A model generated the notes under the pieces. That model saw nothing but the letters and a program-made list of their open reading frames with translations. It made no database searches and had not been told where the DNA came from. Positions 33,301 through 39,300 of a stretch of 45,644 nt of DNA are shown here, in pieces; the stretch's first letter is position 1, and every line of letters starts with the position of its first letter. Both the position numbers and the translations under genes were made by a program. Source of the stretch: Christensenellales bacterium (GTDB lineage: Bacteria; Bacillota; Clostridia; Christensenellales; DTU072); contig JBJFAO010000156.1 in the NCBI GenBank assembly GCA_051887955.1, positions 1-45,644 on the forward strand, given 5' to 3'.

Positions 33301-36300
33301 GACAACAGCGTCGGCGGCATCGTACCCGTTGGTATGCCCGAGGGCTACGGCGGTATGATTACCTTCAATCCGCTCAACAACCGCGATCCTTACAGCTCCT
33401 TGTACTATCTCGAATCCTTCGATACGGTAGTGCTGAAAGACGGCAGAATTGTTAACGATTGGGCGATTGTACCCGGCAGCTTCAGGACGATAAAGAAGGA
33501 CGGCGCAATCCTCGACGAATACGACAGCAGCTATTCCGGAGAACAGACCTACACGGTAAGCTATAAGGTTACCGACGGAACGGGATACGTGCAGACTGTT
33601 TACGTTTACGTCAAGATACTGTCCTCCAACATTCTCCCCGGACAGAGCTATTATTACGACGGAGAGAACAAGGTTTATATCGAAAGCGGTAAAGAAATCG
33701 TCCCGTACGCGGCTACGACGGATTACGACGCGGCTTTGGATAAGGACTACGTAGACGGCAATATCCTCGGCAGACTCTATCTGTCCGACGCGATAGAGGT
33801 CGTTTATGAGGGCGGATACGAAGAAAGAGTCATTCTCGGCGAAAGCAAGAAGAGGAGACAGATTTACGTAACCTACAACGAAACGAGCGGAAAGCTCGAA
33901 GTAAACGGCGCGACGATTATAGACGGCGACGACTTCAGCTACAGAATACCGTATATGAACTATGCGGACGCCGGAGTCAAGACGATAGAAGCGGTAATCG
34001 GACGGCACGGTTACGCTAAATGGGAGCTCGACGATATGGTGAGCGACGTACTGCTGAGTCATCTGGACGTAAACTACACCGAAAACAAAGCCAAAGCGGC
34101 AGCGTACGACAAGCTTTATTCGGAGCTCAGCCGTTACGACAAGCTTCGTCTCAACAAGATTCTCGCCGAAACCGGGAACAAAGCGAGAGCCTGGAACGCA
34201 TGGTATGCCGCGTATACCGACGACAAGCTGGATACGTACAGCGAAAACGACGCGTTGCATATGGATATGCTTCTTACCGAAGCTACTTTATCCTACTGCA
34301 ATATAAGCTACACGACAGCTCTCAGCCTCGCTTACGAAAAGCTTCTTGTGGATAATACCGAAGCGAACACCGATAAGAACAAGATAAGCGTAGCGGAGCT
34401 CAGAGAGATGTTCGGAGAGATAAAATCCTCTTACGTCAACGAGACTACTGCGGAGCTGCAGGCGCGTACCTTCAAGAAGTGGTACGACGAACGCACCAGA
34501 CATCAGCTTTCCATAATAAGAGAGGTGTTGCCGAGGAGAGCGGAAGCGGTAGGTAGCGTAAGCGTAAATCCGACGCAGGGCTTTACCGTTGCGGATCTGC
34601 CGAAATACGTATCGGTCGGATACGCGGGCGTAATCGACTCCGTTACCGACGGGTACGACATGATAAGCACCAAGGTGACCTGGATTGTGGACGAGGAAGA
34701 AATCCTCTCCAAGATGGGATACGACGGCGCGATAGTATCGGCGGAAGTCATATTGAAAGACGAGTTGTTCGGCGATCAGGTACTCCGCGGAGTGGGAATA
34801 CAGATAAATCAGCTCAAGGTATCCGGAATAGCTTCTTACTTCGGTTCGTCGGATCTGCCCGCCGTAAGCGCGTACGACGAGGAGAGCGTCGACCGCTTCC
34901 TGTCTTCGTATTACAGTGCGGACGCGATAGAAACCAAGTCCTACGCCTTCGCGATAATCGTGGAAGGAATGAGCGAGCTCATAAGAATCAGCACCGAAAG
35001 CGGAATGGAAAACGCAGTCTGGGAGCTTGCCACCGGCACCGAATATTATCAGGGCACGACCAACAGAAAGGTATTGTGGCAGTACGTCGAAGACAGCAAC
35101 GGAGACGGAAATTATGAAAACGACGGTTTAAGCTACGATCCGAACGCAGGCGCGCACAAGATAAGAGTCTGGGTACAGAGCAAGAACTATTACGAAATCG
35201 GAGCCGGTTCGGGAAGTAAGTGGCAGTACGCCGTGGAAATCGACTTGACGAAGATAGCTTACGCCAACAACGGAAGCTCGTACGTTGCCGACCTCGTTTA
35301 TTTCAACAAGCTGAAAGACGAAACGGTGGTAAGCATAGAAAAAGCGAGAATAGACGGCGACGAAAGCAAGGTTTCGGTGAAATTCAACGAGACTACGGGC
35401 AAGTATACCGTCGCGTTCAATCCGACCGAAGTCAAATTCGACGAAAATACCCTCGTAGAGTTCGACGTGGACTTAGGAAGAGTCGAAACGGGAGCGAACG
35501 GAAAGAGAGTTTCTCACTGGATGAAAGCCGTTGTCGATTTGACCGGAAACGAGGACTTCTACAACAAGAGAAAGGTGGAAAGCTCCATAATATTCGGCGA
35601 CAAGTATAACAACGTTCAGCGCGTGCCCGTAACCCTCATAAACAAAGCGGAATACGCCTTTGACGACGTGACCGAGATAGTTTATAAGAAAAACGGCGCG
35701 GTAGTGGATATGAATTCTCAGATAGGTACCGCTCTGCAAAACCTGTCCGACCTGCTGCCCGACAGCGCGGTAGTCGCGGGCACGATGGATAACGTGTACG
35801 AAGAGGTTACCCTCCCCGTGGCTTGGAGCGAGGTCGAAGAATACGGATTGGACGGACGTACCGAAAGCGGAAAGGCGCCCACGGCGAGAGCTACGATAGG
35901 CGACCGCACGTTCGGCTATATCCCGTCGAAAACGGTAAGCATAATTCTCGGCGCCGAGACCGAAGTGGCGGTAGAAGGCATACCCGATTCGATCAACGTC
36001 GATCCGTACGGAGTCAACGATTTCGAATGGCTCGTCTCCACGTACACGGTCGCCACGTTGACGACTAAAGTCGTCGACGTAAACGGTACGATAAGGACGG
36101 TTACTAAGGACGTAGACGTCGACATAGTTATGGAAGACATCGACCTTGCGGATTACAGAGAAGATAATTTCGTAAGGAAGACCTATTCGGTAAGAATGCG
36201 TCTCGGACACACCGTGACTAACGGTAAGAACGGACAATTCGACGTAAGGTACGAAATCGAAAGAAACGTAGTGCTCAGAGACAGAAGCATAAGCGATATG

Positions 36301-39300
36301 TACATAGCCGGCTTCAACGGAGTATCGGGCGGAGAGATCGTATGGTCGGAAATAGACTATCTTACCGCAGACGTTTACGAAAAGGCGAGCGCGGATGATT
36401 TCGTGTATACAGTAAGAGTCAATCCGACGCAAGCGACTATAAGTCAGGTTAAGGCGGAGCTCGGCGAAAAGTATTACGGCGTAAAGACGATTTACGAGTA
36501 CGACGAAAGCCTGCCGTCGGAGAAAGCGTACGAGATAGACGAACCCAAGTACGGCTGCTTCATCGCGTACGGTAGCGGAAGCGACGCCGTTTATGCGCCC
36601 GAGGTCGTGTTCGAAGGCTTCGACGACGTAATATATACGGCGAACGGCGGAGTTTATACCGATAAGGTTTACGCGGTCGTAGGCAGCGGAGAATTGCAAC
36701 AGAGAATTCCCGTTACCGTCAACGTGAATCGCGCTCTCGTCAAGGGACTTAAGCTGTTGCCGTACTATTATTCCGAAAGCGAAGAGTACTCGGCGGTCGG
36801 AGTAAACGGCGGAATATACGTGCCCGTACAGACCGATTCCGACGGCAACGTGGAAAGACTTGTTATCGAACCGTTCCTCGGATTCGACAATATGCCGGCG
36901 GAGGTCATCGCGGTAATAGACGTAGGCGGAGGAGAAATCGCTTATCGCAGAGTAAAAGCGGAATGGGACGGCAGTCTCGTAACTGCCAATATGAAGCTTT
37001 CGGGCGGCAACTTCGACAAGGGCGTCACCGGCAATCTGGCGTACGCGACGGTATATGCTTACGACGACGACGAAAGAACGGGCGAACAGGTAATAGAATT
37101 TTCGGTGACCGTACCCGACAGAACGGTATTGGGATACGAGGTCAGCTACGACGGCGTACACTATAAAGCGCTCAACGACCTCGTATACGGAGAGGACGAC
37201 AACGCCGACGCATATACGAACGAATTGCTCCTCAATCCGTACAATATGCGCAACGCTCTTCTCGACGCGTACTCTGCGGCAAACGGAGCGGATCCGTCGG
37301 AAAACGACGTCTATAACGCTTCCTCCAAAGTTTACGACGCGTCGTTTAATAAGACGGACGCCGCAGGAAACAAGGTAAGGAACGCAGAGTTCACGTTCTT
37401 TACTCACGTCAAGGTAGTATGCGAGGGCGGTTACGTAAGAGAATACGAGCTTACCGAAAGCAATTACGTTGCGTTTGGGAAGATAAACGCGACAAACCTC
37501 TATTCGGGCGGTCGTTCGTTGTCGATAGACCTCAGAGTCGGCGAAGCTTACGTTGACGGCGGCAACGGCACGTATTCAAGGGAAGCCGCCGTGCTCAACG
37601 TAGCTCCCAACGTTTCCGGCGGAGGCTTCGACGATTACGTCAGAGTCAGAATACTCGATATGTCTTATGCGTCGGGACTTGAAAAGGATATCTATTATAT
37701 CGATCCGTACGGAGTTCTGGGCGCGACGGGCAAAGGCGGCGTGGTATTCGAGCCCACCGCAGAATATCCGCAGGATACCGTGCGTAACGTCAGGATAACC
37801 GGTAAGGACAGTGAAAAATACGTGCTCGAATACATGGGAGACAAGATTGCTTTGGCTACCTACGAATTCGAAGAAGTCAACTATGACGGAAGCGCGATAA
37901 ATTACAGATGGTTCGATATAGAGAGTATCGATAACGTTACCGGTAAATTCACCCTCAAAGAGCGCAAGCGCAACGGCGGAAGGATTAAGTACGGTAGCGG
38001 CGTAGGAAAGATTGCCGTTACGTTGGGAAGCGAACGCGACAACGCAAGCGCGGGCGTTCAGGTATACAACATCCCGGTAATATACGTTGACAGAACGATA
38101 GTAGACCTCGGCTTCAACTCTGAAAACGCGCCGTTCTACAAGACGGTGGTATGGGACAACGGCAACGTGGGCGGAGGATTCGTATTCGACCCGTTTGTCG
38201 CCTACAATCCGAGCGCGGACGGCTTTGCCGACAACGAGCAGGGCTTCCTTAAGAACGGACAATACGGCACGACCGTTACCTTCGCCAACACCGATATAGA
38301 CAGAATATTCGGAGGACGTCAGGGCAGCAGGTTCAGTTATGACCTCGCTATGGATCAGAAAGACGTCAGAGTGGGCGTAACGTTCGAAGACAAGAAAGTA
38401 AAATGGAGATACACCGGCGGCGAATTCGAGGCTAAGGCTTTGATAGGTTCGGGAGACAGTCTGCAAGAAATCGAAGTAATGGTAAAACTTTTGTCTCGTC
38501 GCGTAGACGTCAACCGCACCGGCACGGTAAGAGGCTTCGGCAGCTCCGTATTGAAGCCGGGAGTAGACCTGTTTACCAAGCTGAAGGTATACGATTATAT
38601 CGGCGTAAGCAACGTGGAAGCAAAGCTCATAGGAGACTTCTTTGCGATAGGAAATACCGAATTCGAAGTATACTTCGAGGACTTTGACGAACCGATAACG
38701 TACAGAATGAACGCGGTGGCGGAAAGCGTAGGCAACTACGTGCTGACGGAAAGCGAGCTTAATTACAAAGAGAACGACGTAATTTATAACAACGGCGTAA
38801 GGATGTCCTTTGCTATGGATACGTCAGATTCTATAAGCTACAAGGGCGGAAAGCTCAACTTTACGATGACCATACCCGGCTACGGAATGGGCAGAAGCGG
38901 ACAACAGAAGGCGACTATTTCGGTAGGGCTCGAAGAGCAATACGTCGTTTACGTCAATCCCGCGGAAGAGGACGGTACGGAAATAACTTACGACACGTTC
39001 TATGCCGACGCAATTAACGCCGACGCTATAGAATACGACGGAAGCAGTCACAGATGGTTTGTCACCAATCCGTATTACTTTATACAGGAAGGCGGAGTGA
39101 GAGTTCCCGACACGGTAGTGGCTTACGTTGCCGACAAAGCTACTTACGACGAGTACGTCGAGCTTACGAGGGTAACGAAAGCAACTCAGGGAGGAGAAAC
39201 GGTTTACGTTCCCGCTCATACCGAAGCGGAAATCAACGCATGGCTCGGATCGCACGCGTCCTCGTTCGGCAAATACGCGGTAGACGTCGTATGGTCGGGC

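Noticed and set aside
6247-38466. Many long antisense ORFs inside the giant gene. They are 6247-7128, 8659-10395 (578 aa), 11146-13350 (734 aa), 15820-17316, 22777-24123, 25210-26622, 29248-31281 (677 aa), 32629-34260, 35473-37407 (644 aa) and 37576-38466.
   Set aside because: For the nine I checked (all except 37576-38466), the end coordinate minus 6202 is 2 modulo 3. They therefore lie in the antisense frame that is codon-aligned with the giant ORF. That frame is interrupted only where the sense strand uses TTA, CTA or TCA, which this gene evidently uses rarely. Their translations are Val/Arg/Phe/Ile/Tyr-rich mirror images of Asp/Glu/Asn/Tyr codons. They have no SDs, no signal sequences and no family motifs. 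They are shadow ORFs, not genes.
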